This document shows, in pieces, positions 10,109 through 21,839 of a stretch of 47,658 nt of DNA. The stretch is from Saprolegnia diclina VS20. Lineage: Eukaryota. How positions within the stretch are numbered: position 1 is the first letter of the stretch; every line of letters begins with the position of its first letter. Made by a program: the position numbers and the translations under genes. Where the stretch lies: positions 197,354 through 245,011 of the forward strand of contig NW_008246110.1 of NCBI RefSeq assembly GCF_000281045.1, read 5' to 3'. The notes under the pieces are model-generated. The model did not search any database. It was given only the letters and a program-made list of their open reading frames with translations, and was not told where the DNA came from.

Positions 10109-12416
10109 CTAGCCGATCGGCTCGAGCGTCGTCGCTGCTACACTGTCTACGATCGCCTTGCCATGGGGCTCGGACGAGCTGTGCTCTATGCTTCGTCGCT
10201 TGGCCTTGGCTGCCGTGCCCGCGCGATCGTCCATCGGATGGATGGGCGGCGGCCGTTCGTCCCGGCGCGCCCGCCCGCCCTTGTCGGTCGTCGGCGTCAA
10301 TGTCGTTGGTTTCGGGGACTTGGGACACACGGAGAGCGAGGTGTGTGTCGCCGGCATGCGCTTCGCCGAGTGCGTTGGCGTCAAGCAGTTGATAGCTTTT
10401 TCTGCGGGCGTCACCTTGGGCATCACCAATGCGTTCGTGTTGAGCGCCGGGATCGTCACGGGCGTCGTCGACGCCGGCCGCGGCGACCGCGTGTGGTGCG
10501 GTGGCTTGGCGTCGCCTGTGCGCAGCGTGCGCCCGACCCGGGGGTGGCCCGATCCACCGTGGTGTGTCGTCATGACGAGTGTCGATGACGGCGGCGTGCT
10601 CAGGCCGCTCAGCGTCGGGACGAGTGGGTTCGATGTTGTGCGCAGCGCGGCTTTCGGTAGCTTGTTGCTCTCGTCGACGCTATTCTCATCCGCGGTTGCT
10701 GTCGTCGTTGTCGTGGATGATGATGAGGATGCTGCTGTTGGGGGCAGAGGTATTGAAAACGATGACGCGTCGGTCGTGTGCTTAGCGATCTGCAGCGTAA
10801 AGGCCTCGGCGTCGTCGTCGTCGTCGCCGTCTTTGGAAGGCGACGCCGCCATGAGACTCTCCATGCTCGAGTAGCTCGCCTTCCCGCGCAGCCACGGATG
10901 CGAGAAAATCTCGGGGATCGTCGCCCGCTCAACCGGGTCGGGCTGCAGCATGCGCGTGATCAAATCTACACCACATTGCCATTGTACTAGCGAGGCCTTG
11001 GACGTCGTACCCGTCACTTCCGGACTGAGGGTCTCGTCAAGCTTGTACTGGGCGCGCATGATGCGGTTGCGGATGACGTTTTCGCGCGGTCGGTTGGTGC
11101 CCTTGAGGTCCGTGCCTTCGAACGGGAGGCGGCCGCACACGATTGCAAACAAGATGACGCCAAGACTCCACACGTCCAGCGGCGGTCCTAAGCGCACATC
11201 GACACATAGATGTGCGGGAGGCGTCGGACCTGCGTTGGACGTGCCACGAAACACTTCGGGCGGGAGGTACGAGATGGAGCCGCACGTTGTCTTGGCCATG
11301 GCACCTACGACGCTATTGTCGAGACGATGACAAGGGATGGAATACCAGGTCGATAAAAGTCACTCAGGCCAAAGTCGGCAATCTTGACGCTGTTGAGGTC
11401 GCTTTTGCTACACGAGCAAACGTGAGCGTGGACGACCAGTGCAGCGTACTTTTGTAGCAAAATGTTCTCGAGCTTGAGGTCGCGATGGCAAATGTGTTGG
11501 TTGTGGGCATACCCGACGCCCGATAAGATCTGAGAAAACACAAGCGCGCCCTCTTCCTCGACGAGGCCGCCGCTCGGGAGGTGCACGAGGTGGTGGTACA
11601 AATCGCCGCTACAACATCATGATTGCCTACGCCTGCATGTCGAGCCGCACGGACCCTTCGAGGAGCTCAAAGACGAGCACGACGTGGTTGGGCTCATTAA
11701 ATACGCGGATGAGCTTGATGATGCTCGGGTGGTTGAGCGCCTGCCGATCGATGTGCATGAGCTAGTAGGAACGCGATGGAGATGGCACCGTGAGGCACTG
11801 GATCTCGGTCGTCGTGCGCTCGACGTCGCCGAGCGACCCCATTTCGCTCTTCTACTCCTCGTGTCAAGACAAATGGAAGTGCAAAGTGACATCGTACGAG
11901 GATAAACTTGAGCGCGACTTTTTCGTTGGTGAGCTGGTGGACGCCGAGTCGGACTTCGCCAAAGCCGCCGCGGCCGAGAAGCGTCGTGACGCGGTACCCG
12001 CCGACAACGCCGCCGCTGCCAATGTTGTCGACGCTGCTGGCCTCGGCTTCGCTTTGGCCCGGAATCTGGAACGGCGCGCCCGTCGAGAAGAAGAGCATGT
12101 CGCCTTCCTCGATGCACATGAGGTCGTCGACCTCGACGCCTAAAACACCGTTCATAGGACGCGCTGCTGTTGAACAGACCGTCCGAGTTGAAGACGCGTG
12201 ATGCCATTGGCACCATCTCGAGGCGCTGCGAGCACGAGCAGAGAAAGTCGTCCCAGGTCCAATGCGGCTGCACAAAGAGCGCTACGCCACGCAGATGGGT
12301 GTCGTGCAGAAGAGGACGCGCCTACTCTTGGGGTTTTCAAAGCACCCGTTCTTGTAGGCCTTGATGGGCCGGCCCTGGACGTCGTGCTCGTTGAAGTCGT
12401 CGTCAAAGTCGCCCAT
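10109..12416 (-). CDS. CAMK-group (SNF1/MARK-like) Ser/Thr kinase with N-terminal DCX/KHA-like domain; multi-exon
   Basis: Motifs LGRGGFGEV, VALKF, HRDLKLEN, KIADFG, TTCGSISYLPPE and DVWSLGVIL spread over exons; N-terminal WDDFL..CSQRLE..ASRVFNSDGVEVDDL..IEEGDMLF. Confidence 0.9.
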
Positions 12417-12580
12417 GCTCGGCGTTAAATTTACACTGCGGCCGGTTCAGAGCTATTTCGATTTCGACAAACGAGTAACTAACCCAACCAACGGCCCATC
12501 AACGTCCACGCTTCTCCGCCGACAACAAGCACGAGTGGACAACACATGTGTTCTTAGTCGACGCGTCATGGGACTGCTGT

Positions 12581-14002
12581 CTAGTTGGCCTTGTTGACGC
12601 CGTCGACGCGCTTGCCCTTGGCGTCGCCGTCGTCGCTCTCGTCATCGCCGCTCGCATCGTCGTCGTCGTTGCCACCTTGGCGTTCCTTGAGGAGCGCTTC
12701 GGCCTCGCGCAATCGGTCTTGGTGCGAGACCGGGTACTCTTCGTCGCCCATGCAATAGTCGAGCAGCGCAACGAGGATCGCGACAATGATGGCGAGCGCA
12801 ACAATACCGGCGAGGACAGCCCAGAGCGTGTGCTCGGCCGCCCACTCGAGGAGACCGTCGACGAGCTGGCCCGCAAGCGACTCGTCCGGAATGGCCCCGA
12901 TCGTCTCGGCCTTGCTGTAGCCCGACGCGATAAAAGACGTAAAGCTGCGCGAAGACGCGTCAGTACCGACCATAAGTATGGAGCAACACGTACCCTTCGA
13001 GCGTGCGCGCGCCTTCGTACTTGTACACTTGACCGTTCTTGATAAAGAAGAGCGTCGGGTATCCGTTGACGCTGAAGCGCGAGCAGACGCGGCGGTACTT
13101 GGTGCAGTCGATCTACGCCAAGCAGATAAGAACTAGGGCGGTCGACAATATGATGGCTAGACCTTGCCCACTTGGGCCGTGCTGCCACTCTCCTTGAGCG
13201 TCGCGCTGAGCTTGTCCCACACCGGCGCCTATCCCAAGTGGATCAGAAAGGATTTGGAGGTTGTGTTGGACGTACGAGGCGCTTGCAGTGGCCGCACCAC
13301 GGCGCGTAAAACTTGAGCAGCCATGGCTCCGACTTGTCGTGGACGAGTTCGTCAAACGACGTGGTCGAGAGCGACACGACGAGGCTGTTCTTCTCGGCTT
13401 CGGCCATTTCCTTTTCCATCTGAATCTGGCGCGCATCTAGTTGCATTCATCACAAAGGTGCGCCACTAGGAACGAGCAACGTACCAAATTGGCTCTGGGA
13501 CAAGATCTCTTCGCCGCCGACCTTCTACAAGGACGCGTGAGTGGGATCGAGACCAAGCATGCCGTACCTTGTAGCCGTTGGTGACGAAGTCCACAAAGTG
13601 CTGGCTATCGCGCTGGCCCGCGTAGTCGAACGAGTGCTTGTCGGCGATCGCCTTGATCGTCGGGTACGACTTGACTTCGAAGCGCATGCACACGGTCTTG
13701 TGCACGGTGCAGTCGATCTTGCCAATGTGAATGTCCTTGCCCTACATTGCGCTCACGTCAGATGGCGGGAACGGTAGCTTGGCGACAACCTGGATCGCCG
13801 CATCCGACGGGAGCTTGTCAAAGGTCGGCGCCAGCGACTTGCAATGGCCGCACCACGGGGCATAAAACTTGATGAGCCACACGCCGTTGGCCGTGCGCGC
13901 ATCAAAGTTGTCGGTCGTCAGAACCTCGGCGCCGTCAGCGCGGGCCATGCCCACCAAGGCCATCAGAAGTACCGAGAGCAGGATTGCCGCACGTCCGAGC
14001 AT
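12581..14002 (-). CDS. Protein disulfide-isomerase/thioredoxin-domain membrane protein with two WCGHC domains
   Basis: Signal peptide [22 protein letters not shown]; two [11 protein letters not shown] motifs; C-terminal [24 protein letters not shown] followed by an acidic tail. Confidence 0.9.
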
Positions 14003-14019
14003 CTTAGTCTGGCTGCCTC

Positions 14020-14034
14020 AAAATCCTGAATGAG
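14020..14034 (-). promoter_or_regulatory. INR/FPR-like core promoter of the PDI gene
   Basis: Minus strand reads CTCATTCAGGATTTT, 17 nt upstream of the ATG at 14002. Confidence 0.55.
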
Positions 14035-14426
14035 GCACCGCAAAAGGTTCGACGCCTCATTTTAGGGCTAGAAACTCCTCGGCCTTCCGGAAATACAAAT
14101 GCAAATATTAAATCCATAGATACAAATAGATAGATGCTGTGGCTAACGTTTTCATATTTAAAATACAGGCCTTTTCCGGAAGGTACTCACCAGCAGTCTA
14201 TTTCCACGCAACGCTGGGTTGGTGCTGGTCAAGCAGGGAAGGCGCCTTGTCGTGGTTTAGGCCGTCGCGCCATTCTCTCAGCGGTAAGCAGTATACATAT
14301 ATATGTAGGCTAGATCCCGCATGGGCTGTTATGCTTCAATACAGCTCTCTATGCCTTGTCTAAATGCTTCTAGTTGGGTGTTTTCAACCTGGTGGGTTGG
14401 CACCTGTTTCAAACGCGATCCACGAG

Positions 14427-14768
14427 ATGGACGAGGAGCGGACCGCGCTGCTCTACGCGGTCAGCGCCATCTGCGACGCCAGCGCGACGCAGGACTTCAT
14501 GGACGTCGAGAATGGGATCAAGGCCAAGGCGCGACCCAGCGCGTCCAAGGAGACGCTGCAGATCCTCACGGACGTCGTGCTCAAGCAGGTCGACCTCGTC
14601 GCCGTGGACCTGCAGCAGTTTGCGCAGCACGCAGGCCGCAAAAAGATCTCGGCGGAAGACGTGCTGCTCTGTGCCCGCCGGCAGCCGGACCTGGCCGCGA
14701 CGCTGCAAGAGTACCACCGCGCCAACTTTCTCGGGAGCGCGACGCGGAAGCGCAAGGACCGATCGTGA
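14427..14768 (+). CDS. CENPS: Centromere protein S / MHF1 histone-fold protein (113 aa)
   Basis: ALLYAVSAIC...VAVDLQQFAQHAGRKKISAEDVLLCARR matches the CENP-S pattern DLExFAxHAxRxxIxxEDVxLxxRR. Confidence 0.85.
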   Translation: MDEERTALLYAVSAICDASATQDFMDVENGIKAKARPSASKETLQILTDVVLKQVDLVAVDLQQFAQHAGRKKISAEDVLLCARRQPDLAATLQEYHRANFLGSATRKRKDRS

Positions 14769-14808
14769 ACGAGACGATACGTGTGTTAAATAAGAACCGA
14801 CGGATTTG

Positions 14809-16978
14809 CTAGCTAATCGTGCACCCGTAGCAAAAGGACGCTTGGCAGAGCTTGTCGGGACTCCGCGCCTGGAGCGCTTCGGGAAACAGCGTCGCGGAAG
14901 CCTTCTTGTCCGAGACGACGCTGCTTTCCTGGTCGTCCTCGGGCGTGATCGTCGGCTGCGATGACATGGTCATCGTCGCCGAGAAGAGCTCAAACTCGGT
15001 CGTTGGCGACAAGAGCGAGATGCGGCCGCCGTCCTTGCGCCGGTACGGGTTGTCGCTCGCAGCCGAGAGCGCCTTCTCCCGCGCAATCGGTGGCGACCGA
15101 ATCGGCACGACGCCGTCCGAGCTGTTGCTGCGCCGGCGCATTGCGAGCGTCGGCTTGAGGTCGTCGACCCAAAAGCTCCGCGACGGCCGGCGGCTTACCG
15201 TGGCCGTCGGTTCGTCGTCTTCGTCGCCAAAGCAGCGCAAAATGAGCGGCTCGGTCATCGCGCCTTGGTACCACTCGCGAAACGAGAGCTTCCGGTCCAA
15301 GTCGACGTCCATGCGCAGGAGCTTCTGCATAAAGGCGGTCGGGAGCACGCGCCCAAAGCGGTCAAAGAGCGCGGCCGTGTCGTCCTCGTCGTCAATGATC
15401 TGCGCCGTGTCGGCGGACGCGGACCGGAATTTATTTTTCTTCTTTTTCGGGTGCGCAGCGGTGATCGAGACCTTGTTGTGGTAGATCTCGCAGAGCGACC
15501 CGGCCATGAGGATCATCTGCTCGACGTCGAGGTGGCCGACCTTCTCGCCGTCGTACAGGTCAAAGCACAGCTGCAGCTTCTCTTCCAACGTGCCCTTGCA
15601 GAGCACAGAGAGCGCCTGGAAAGCTGCATGAGCCTCGGTACACATCGAGAGATTAGATTGCGTACGAGCATGAGGCGTTGAAAGTCGACGTGGCCGCGCG
15701 CGTCGGGCTGCAGGACCTCGAAGAGCTGGTCGAGGCTCTTTGGGCCCCACTCGGGGATGACGCGCGACAGGATCGGCCGCAACACTTCCTTGTTGATGCC
15801 GCCGGCCAGCGTCGGCAGCTTGGCGTGGTTGGTCGTGCGCAAAATGAACTGAAACTCGAGCTGGAGCTGCTCCAACTGCGAGCGGTCGAAATGGGTGATG
15901 CCATGGAGCGCGCACACCTCTTGCTCCATGTAATGCGGGTTCACGCGCACGTCGACGCGGAGCGCTTCGATGGCCTCTTCGGTGAGCGCATACGTCGCGG
16001 CCTTGGCTTCAAGTTGTGCAAAGACGTCCATGTCCATGCTCGCTGCGTGTTCGAGCGCAATCTTGTACGCAAAGCTGGCATCGCCGTCGTCCTGTGTCTA
16101 GAGAGAACGTGAAACGGTGGAGGGTAGCGTCGGGCGAGTCGTACGATCGAGTCGATGATGTCGTCGGTGGCCGAGTCGAGCAGCATGAGCGCCATGACAA
16201 AGTGTGCGATCGAGCCCGTGCTCGGAGTCGCTGTCAGCGTGTAGTTCCAGTAGCTCGCCAGCGCTTGCGTGGGCACTTGGTCCACAAAGACTGTGATGAA
16301 CCACTTGAACGCGAGCAGCGACGAGAGACATTGCAAGTCGCTCTAGACCGAATCCGTATGAGCATCAAGCATGCATGTTGAAGCAGGTACCTCGGGCATG
16401 GCGTTGGCCAGCCGCGGCAGCTTCAAGGCGATGAGATGGCCAAGGACATCCATGTCGACGTGAAAGCCTTGGAGCTTGGGAAGGCGCGCGAAAAAGTCGG
16501 ACGGAAAGATGCGCTCCATGACAACGCAATAGACCCAGAAGACATGTTCTTCGTCGTAGCCGGCCGAGGCCTCATGGACGTGGCCGAGGAGAAAGCTCAC
16601 CACGTCGGCGTGGCCTTGCACGTACCCGACGCGCACGTTGCGCACGGCGTAGGCCATCAAAATGCGCTTGAGCGACTCGAGGTAGGGTGCTAACGGCGCC
16701 ATGTCGAGGCTGTCATCTTCGGTCACGTCTCGGTGCAAGACGTAGCGGTAGAGGGACACGCCGGCACGCGGGACGTCGAGCGCGATCTGGCGCGCGTCGG
16801 CCTCCAGCACGGCGCCGGGCAAGAGCGCGCGTCGGCAGAGGTCGCGGTACGACCGGTTGCTGCGTGCGGCCAGCGCATGGGCCCCGGACGCTACGTGCCA
16901 GTCCATGCTCCTCGTGCTCCTTGACTTGTGTAAAAGCTTGGCAAATCGAACGTCGCAATACGTTTCAGCACGGCCCAT
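14809..16978 (-). CDS. TBC (Rab-GAP) domain protein with C-terminal EF-hands; multi-exon
   Basis: IALDVPR (Arg finger), GYVQG (Gln finger), KWFITVF; EF-hand-like segments FDLYDGEKVGHL and MDVDLDRKLSFREW. Confidence 0.88.
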
Positions 16979-17998
16979 TTGACTTGCGATTTGTATTCAC
17001 GCCGCCTTCCCCAACACTGTATGTTTCCCGAGCGAATCTATTTTATTCCAATTCGTTTTATTTTATTTTCTTGCGAGTGATTTCGGCCCCGCTTGCTCAT
17101 TGGCTCGGTCCACTCGACCTCGCGCATGTCCCTAGTCTGGTGCTATAACTCATTGTGGGGCTGTTCCTTCGCTTTCGACAGCGTCCGAACGAGGACTTGG
17201 TTTAGGTCGGTGTGCTAGGGGCGAATGGCTGGCTGCCTCGCTTCTGCCATCCCAGCTTGGGCCGAGGAACTGCACCACCCTATAGCGCACCATCTCATAT
17301 CGTGTGATGGATCGTCGTCGATGGTCCGTCGCGATTGGTTGATGCATACAAGAGGGCGCGTGTTGATTCAACAAAGCCGCGCGGATGGCACATCTACCGC
17401 AAGTGCTGAACGTCCCCATGTCTCGCTGCCCGTCGCGGCTACTTGAGCAAGGCAATCCATCTCAGACCTTCGTCCTCGACCGAGCGACGTGGTGGAGGTA
17501 CTGTACATGAGGTCACGCATTTGTCCGTGTCCATGGTCGTGTCCCAAGGTGCCACCATGCCCCAGTACAGTGTACTGCAACGGCAAGCAGCTTCCGTTGG
17601 CTGTGCGGCCGTCGGCGCTGACCAATACCGGTACTAGCACCTTGTACAGGCGTCCTGACGCATAACGTTGCCGACGTCGCACTTGTCGCTTGCAACACGG
17701 TACAACTCGGTGGACTTGGTCGTTGCCAGGACTACTTGTGTACGTAGTGCGCTTGTTTGTGGCGTGCAGCCCGCTATAAGCTGCCTGCTAGCTCTACATG
17801 CTTATTGCGAGCGTATTTCAAGCTTATTGCAAGCTTCTTGCAAGCTTTGTGCATGCTGATTGGGTCGCTGGTACAATGTCGTCGTGCATGGCGGGAAACC
17901 TCTCGCACTTGATCCATCACATGACATTTGTTTATAGAGGTTCAAGAAATAGTATGAAGGTTTGTATTTGGCGGCCGAAATTCGAAGAGAGCGTCGTC

Positions 17999-19677
17999 AT
18001 GGAACGGCTCGCGGCGCAGGTACGCGCGGCCGTCGAGGCCATGAGCTCATGCTGCTGAGGTAGAGCGAACGATGTCTTCGCCTCCTGCGCGAGGACGCCG
18101 AGTGGCAGGACAAGACGCAGCAGCTGCTGGACCTCCAGGAAGTCTTCGAGGCCATGCGAGCGACGGGCAGGCTCAAGCCAATCGACCCGGTCCTCGCGCT
18201 TCTCAAGCCACTCGTGGTACGATGAACTTTCGTGCTAGTACATATGCAGTGGCTCATGCAGTATAGCCGCATCTGACGGCCATGCTGGGCGATATTCGGT
18301 CGTCGGTCGTCAAGACGACATGCTCGGTGCTCTCGGCGATCGCGACCGCGTGCGGGCCGGACCTCGCGCCATTCGTGGACGAGATCCTGCTCGGCGTCTT
18401 GAACACGGCGTACGTCAAGGTCCGCGTCATGTCGAGCGCGGGCGAGGCTTGCCTCGAGACCATCTCCAGGCAGTCCCGCTACAGCCTGCTCCAGCTCCAA
18501 GCCCACTTTGCGCAAACCAAGCACGGTAAAGCCCCTTTCTCTCGTTTGATCCTGATGGAAGTCGACCTCTCTGTAGCGGACGTGCGCCATCTCTGCATAG
18601 CGCAGTTTCCCATCATCATGAGCTCATGGCTCAAGCCCGAGCTCGACGCGCAGTACCCGATTCTGAAGAGCATGCTCGCGAAGGCGCTCCAGGACCAAGA
18701 CGACAAGGTACGGCGGAAAGCGCGCGAAGCCTTTTGCATGTTGTCTGAGATCTGGTACTAGCCTCCTCAATTCTATGGCGGCGCGCTCACGATGGCGACG
18801 ATGTAGGGACGAACACATGGACGAGTTTGTGCTCTTGCCCCAGCGCACGACGCGCGAGTCCATCATCAAGGAGTTTCCGCTCTCGCGACTGGCCACAGAG
18901 CTGCGGCGCAAGCACGGCGAGCCCGTACCGAAGCGCACGCCACTCAAACAGCGCATGGCGACGACGCCGGACCCATCGATCGCGTCGGAAGAGTCGTCGG
19001 ACAGCGTGCCGCCGTCGCCCAGCACAAAAAACACAACACGGCCACGCGCCGCATTGAAACCCATGGCGCGGTCGGTCTCGGTACCGAGTGCGCGCCGCTA
19101 CATCGCTGCGTCGGGCTCCATGTCGTCCCAGTCCTCCTCCTCCGACGTCGCTCCCGTCGACTTGGACGACGAACTCGCGCGCCGCGACGAGGCCGAGTCC
19201 CGTGACGTTGCGTCGGAGCCGCAGGACGATGTCGTCGACAATCACGCACCGCATGACGATGCGCACCCGACAGCACGGCCCGTCTCGGTGCCCAAGCGAC
19301 TGCTTGACAACTTCGTGTGGATCTGCACGGCCGTGAGCATTCTCTTTGCGATCTATGGCCTCACGGGGGCCCTCTGGAGCGTCGTGCTGCTCGGGAGTCC
19401 GTCAAGCGACATTTCGCTCGAGCTCCAAGACGTCGAGGACGCGGTGCTCACAACGCTCTTTGAGTTCCGGGCGCACGAGGCTGAGATGGACGCGTGGGTC
19501 CACGACGTCGCTGATACGATGGACGCGTACCGGCGCGAAGCGTCGGCCGAAATTAGCCGCCTTCACGACGCCAACGCCGTCTGGAACCGGTCGATGCGCA
19601 ACGATATGGCGGCCTTCACCGCCGAGTTTGTGGCCAAAATCAAGTTTGATCCGACACCCGAGAGCAGTGCTCCCTAG
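17999..19677 (+). CDS. CLASP-N/TOG-like HEAT-repeat protein with a C-terminal transmembrane segment; multi-exon
   Basis: ATG at 17999; intron 18020-18063; HEAT/TOG-like EWQDKTQQLLDL, LGDIRSSVVKTTC and LQDQDDKVRRKAREAF; hydrophobic FVWICTAVSILFAIYGLTGALWSVVLL. Confidence 0.72.
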
Positions 19678-19865
19678 TCGATCAACGCCTTGTGACTGTT
19701 GTCGATCTTTTTTCTAATATATAACCCCAACCCTATCCCTCTTTACGTCTCGACATTCGCGTCGCGAGGCAGATGCCACAGGTCCTCGGTGGAAGAACCG
19801 ACGCAGAGAAGACGCCAGCAGAACTGGAAGAGAAAACGGTAGGGTAGTATTATTGATGGAGTCTA

Positions 19866-21185
19866 TTACATGTAGTGGTCGCGTGCGAGCTGCAGCATGG
19901 CCAAGTCGGCGAGCACGAGCGACGACATGGACTCGACAAGCGGCGGGACGCGCGGGAGGACGCATGGGTCGTGGCGGCCCTTGGCCTCGAGCACAATGGC
20001 GTTGCCGTCAAAGTCAACAGTCTCTTGGGCCTGGCCGATCGTCGAGACGGCTTTGACTGCGATCTTGAAGTAGATGTCGGCGCCGCTCGAGATACCACCG
20101 AGGACACCGCCGGCGTCGTTCTTGACGACGCTCAAGCGGCCGTTCTCGCCAGCGCAGAACGCGTCGTTGTGCGCCGAGCCGCGCTGGCGCGTGCCCTCAA
20201 AACCCGAGCCGTACTGGAACCCCTTGACAGCCGGAATCGAGAGCATCGCGTGGGCCAACATCGCTTGGAGCTTGTCAAAGCACGGTTCACCCCAGCCCAC
20301 AGCGGCGTTGCGAATGACGCACGTGACTGTACCGCCGATCGAGTCGGCGTCGGCCTTGCACTCGCGGATGACCGTGGCCATGGCGGCAGCCGACGGCGGA
20401 TGCGGGCAGCGCACAGGCACCAAGTCCTCGGTAAGGTACTCGGCGAGGTTGGACGGCGTCGGGAGCACGTCGCCCTGGCGGTTGTACACGACGTTGTTGG
20501 CATCGAGGTACGCCGGCGCCGCGAGGTCCGTCGACGCAACGAACGCCTCCTCCGTCTGCCCGGGCACCTGCAGGATGCGCAGCGTGCCGAGGCGGTCAAC
20601 GTCGTCGCGCGTCAGCGTCGTCCCCGTCGTGTTGAGCGACGGCATTGGCATATCGACGTGGCCAATCGAGCTCACCCACGAGACGATCTCGGTCTTGAAT
20701 TTTTGCGCAAGCCACTTTTCCGCGATCGCACCGGCCGCGACGCGACCGATGGTCTCGCGGGCGCTGGCACGACCACCGCCACTCGAGGCGCGCGTGCCAT
20801 ACTTGACCTGGTACGTGTAATCGGCGTGGCCGGGTCGGGGCACATTGCTCATCTCGCTATAGTCTTGCGGCCGGACATTCTCGTTTGGCACAAACACCGA
20901 GATGGGCGTGCCAAGCGTCACGCCACGCTCCGTGCCACTCTGGATCACGACGAGGTCCTTCTCGTCGCGGGGCGTCGTGAGCTTGCTCTGGCCAGGACGG
21001 CGCCGCGTGAGCTGCGGCTGGATGTCGGCCTCAGTGAGCTCGAGGCCCGGCGGGACGCCGTCGATGATGGCGCCGACGCCCTTGCAGTGCGACTCGCCAA
21101 ACCTAAGGCGACATATGAGACCAAGAGTCGCAGGAAGCGGCGCGTCGTACGTGGTGACGCGGAAGAGACGGCCAAAGGAGCTCAT
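19866..21185 (-). CDS. ARO2: Chorismate synthase (one 48-nt intron, 21103-21150)
   Basis: Motifs MSSFGRLFRVTTFGESH, RRRPGQS, PRPGHADY, GGGRASARETIGRVAAGA and KGRHDPCVLPR. Confidence 0.97.
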   Translation of the reverse strand: MSSFGRLFRVTTYDAPLPATLGLICRLRFGESHCKGVGAIIDGVPPGLELTEADIQPQLTRRRPGQSKLTTPRDEKDLVVIQSGTERGVTLGTPISVFVPNENVRPQDYSEMSNVPRPGHADYTYQVKYGTRASSGGGRASARETIGRVAAGAIAEKWLAQKFKTEIVSWVSSIGHVDMPMPSLNTTGTTLTRDDVDRLGTLRILQVPGQTEEAFVASTDLAAPAYLDANNVVYNRQGDVLPTPSNLAEYLTEDLVPVRCPHPPSAAAMATVIRECKADADSIGGTVTCVIRNAAVGWGEPCFDKLQAMLAHAMLSIPAVKGFQYGSGFEGTRQRGSAHNDAFCAGENGRLSVVKNDAGGVLGGISSGADIYFKIAVKAVSTIGQAQETVDFDGNAIVLEAKGRHDPCVLPRVPPLVESMSSLVLADLAMLQLARDHYM

Positions 21186-21839
21186 GGCGTCGAAATGGAA
21201 AATGGCGGTTCGAAGATTTGGCGATGGAATTCCGCGATTGGCCAAACACCGTACGCGGTCCTGATTGGCCGGGCATCGGCCACAAGAATCGCTGAAAATG
21301 CTTGCGCCACGTCGGCTGGGTGACACGGATAGCCCTCAAGCAGCCAGTCGCTGAGGCAGAAGGTAAATCGAGACGACGAGCTATCTGGCCTCGCAGCTCT
21401 CGCAGGTGATAGATAGATAGGTCGTCGTAGTGTGCTACAGCTGCAGACGCCGACTCGAGCGACCAAGTTATAGTAGCTCGTCGAGTGGCACAAGCCATGC
21501 CCAATTGGGTTGCGCGACCTGGCGCCCATAAACATGCATTGGTCAGAGGTGTGCTCGTTGGCCTTCGTCTTGCGTATAGAGCCGCCAAGCTCCAAGGGAC
21601 TCCACCTGACGGGACCCATACTGGCCGTGGCGTCACGTGCATGGACGACTGTCCCATTTTGCTATCTGCTTTCTCTCTCGCAGCATTGTGGCGTGGTGGT
21701 TTGGCCTCTTGGGGCTGCTCTCTTGTAAACAGTGGATCCAAAACAGTGGACGGACGCAACAGGATTTCAAAGATCCGATTTTGATAACGGTCCGGCGGTC
21801 GTTGCCGTTGGTTTCGCCACTTTGCCTTCCGCAGCCAGC

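Noticed and set aside
17807..17848. Short AAGCTTxTTGC near-tandem repeats
   Set aside because: Only about three degenerate 11-bp units in an intergenic region, with no further support for function.
21103..21150. Apparent 16-aa insertion in the chorismate synthase N-terminus
   Set aside because: It is a 48-nt GT-AG intron that happens to be in frame and stop-free; removing it restores TTFGESH.
19875..21323. 482-aa + strand ORF, and similar long ORFs at 34977-36350 and 40593-41720
   Set aside because: These are antisense shadows of chorismate synthase, myosin and cullin-4.
21186..21326. N-terminal extension (possible transit peptide) of chorismate synthase in the ORF track
   Set aside because: The extension spans CCAAT-like and INR-like promoter sequence; MSSFG at 21185 matches the conserved family start.
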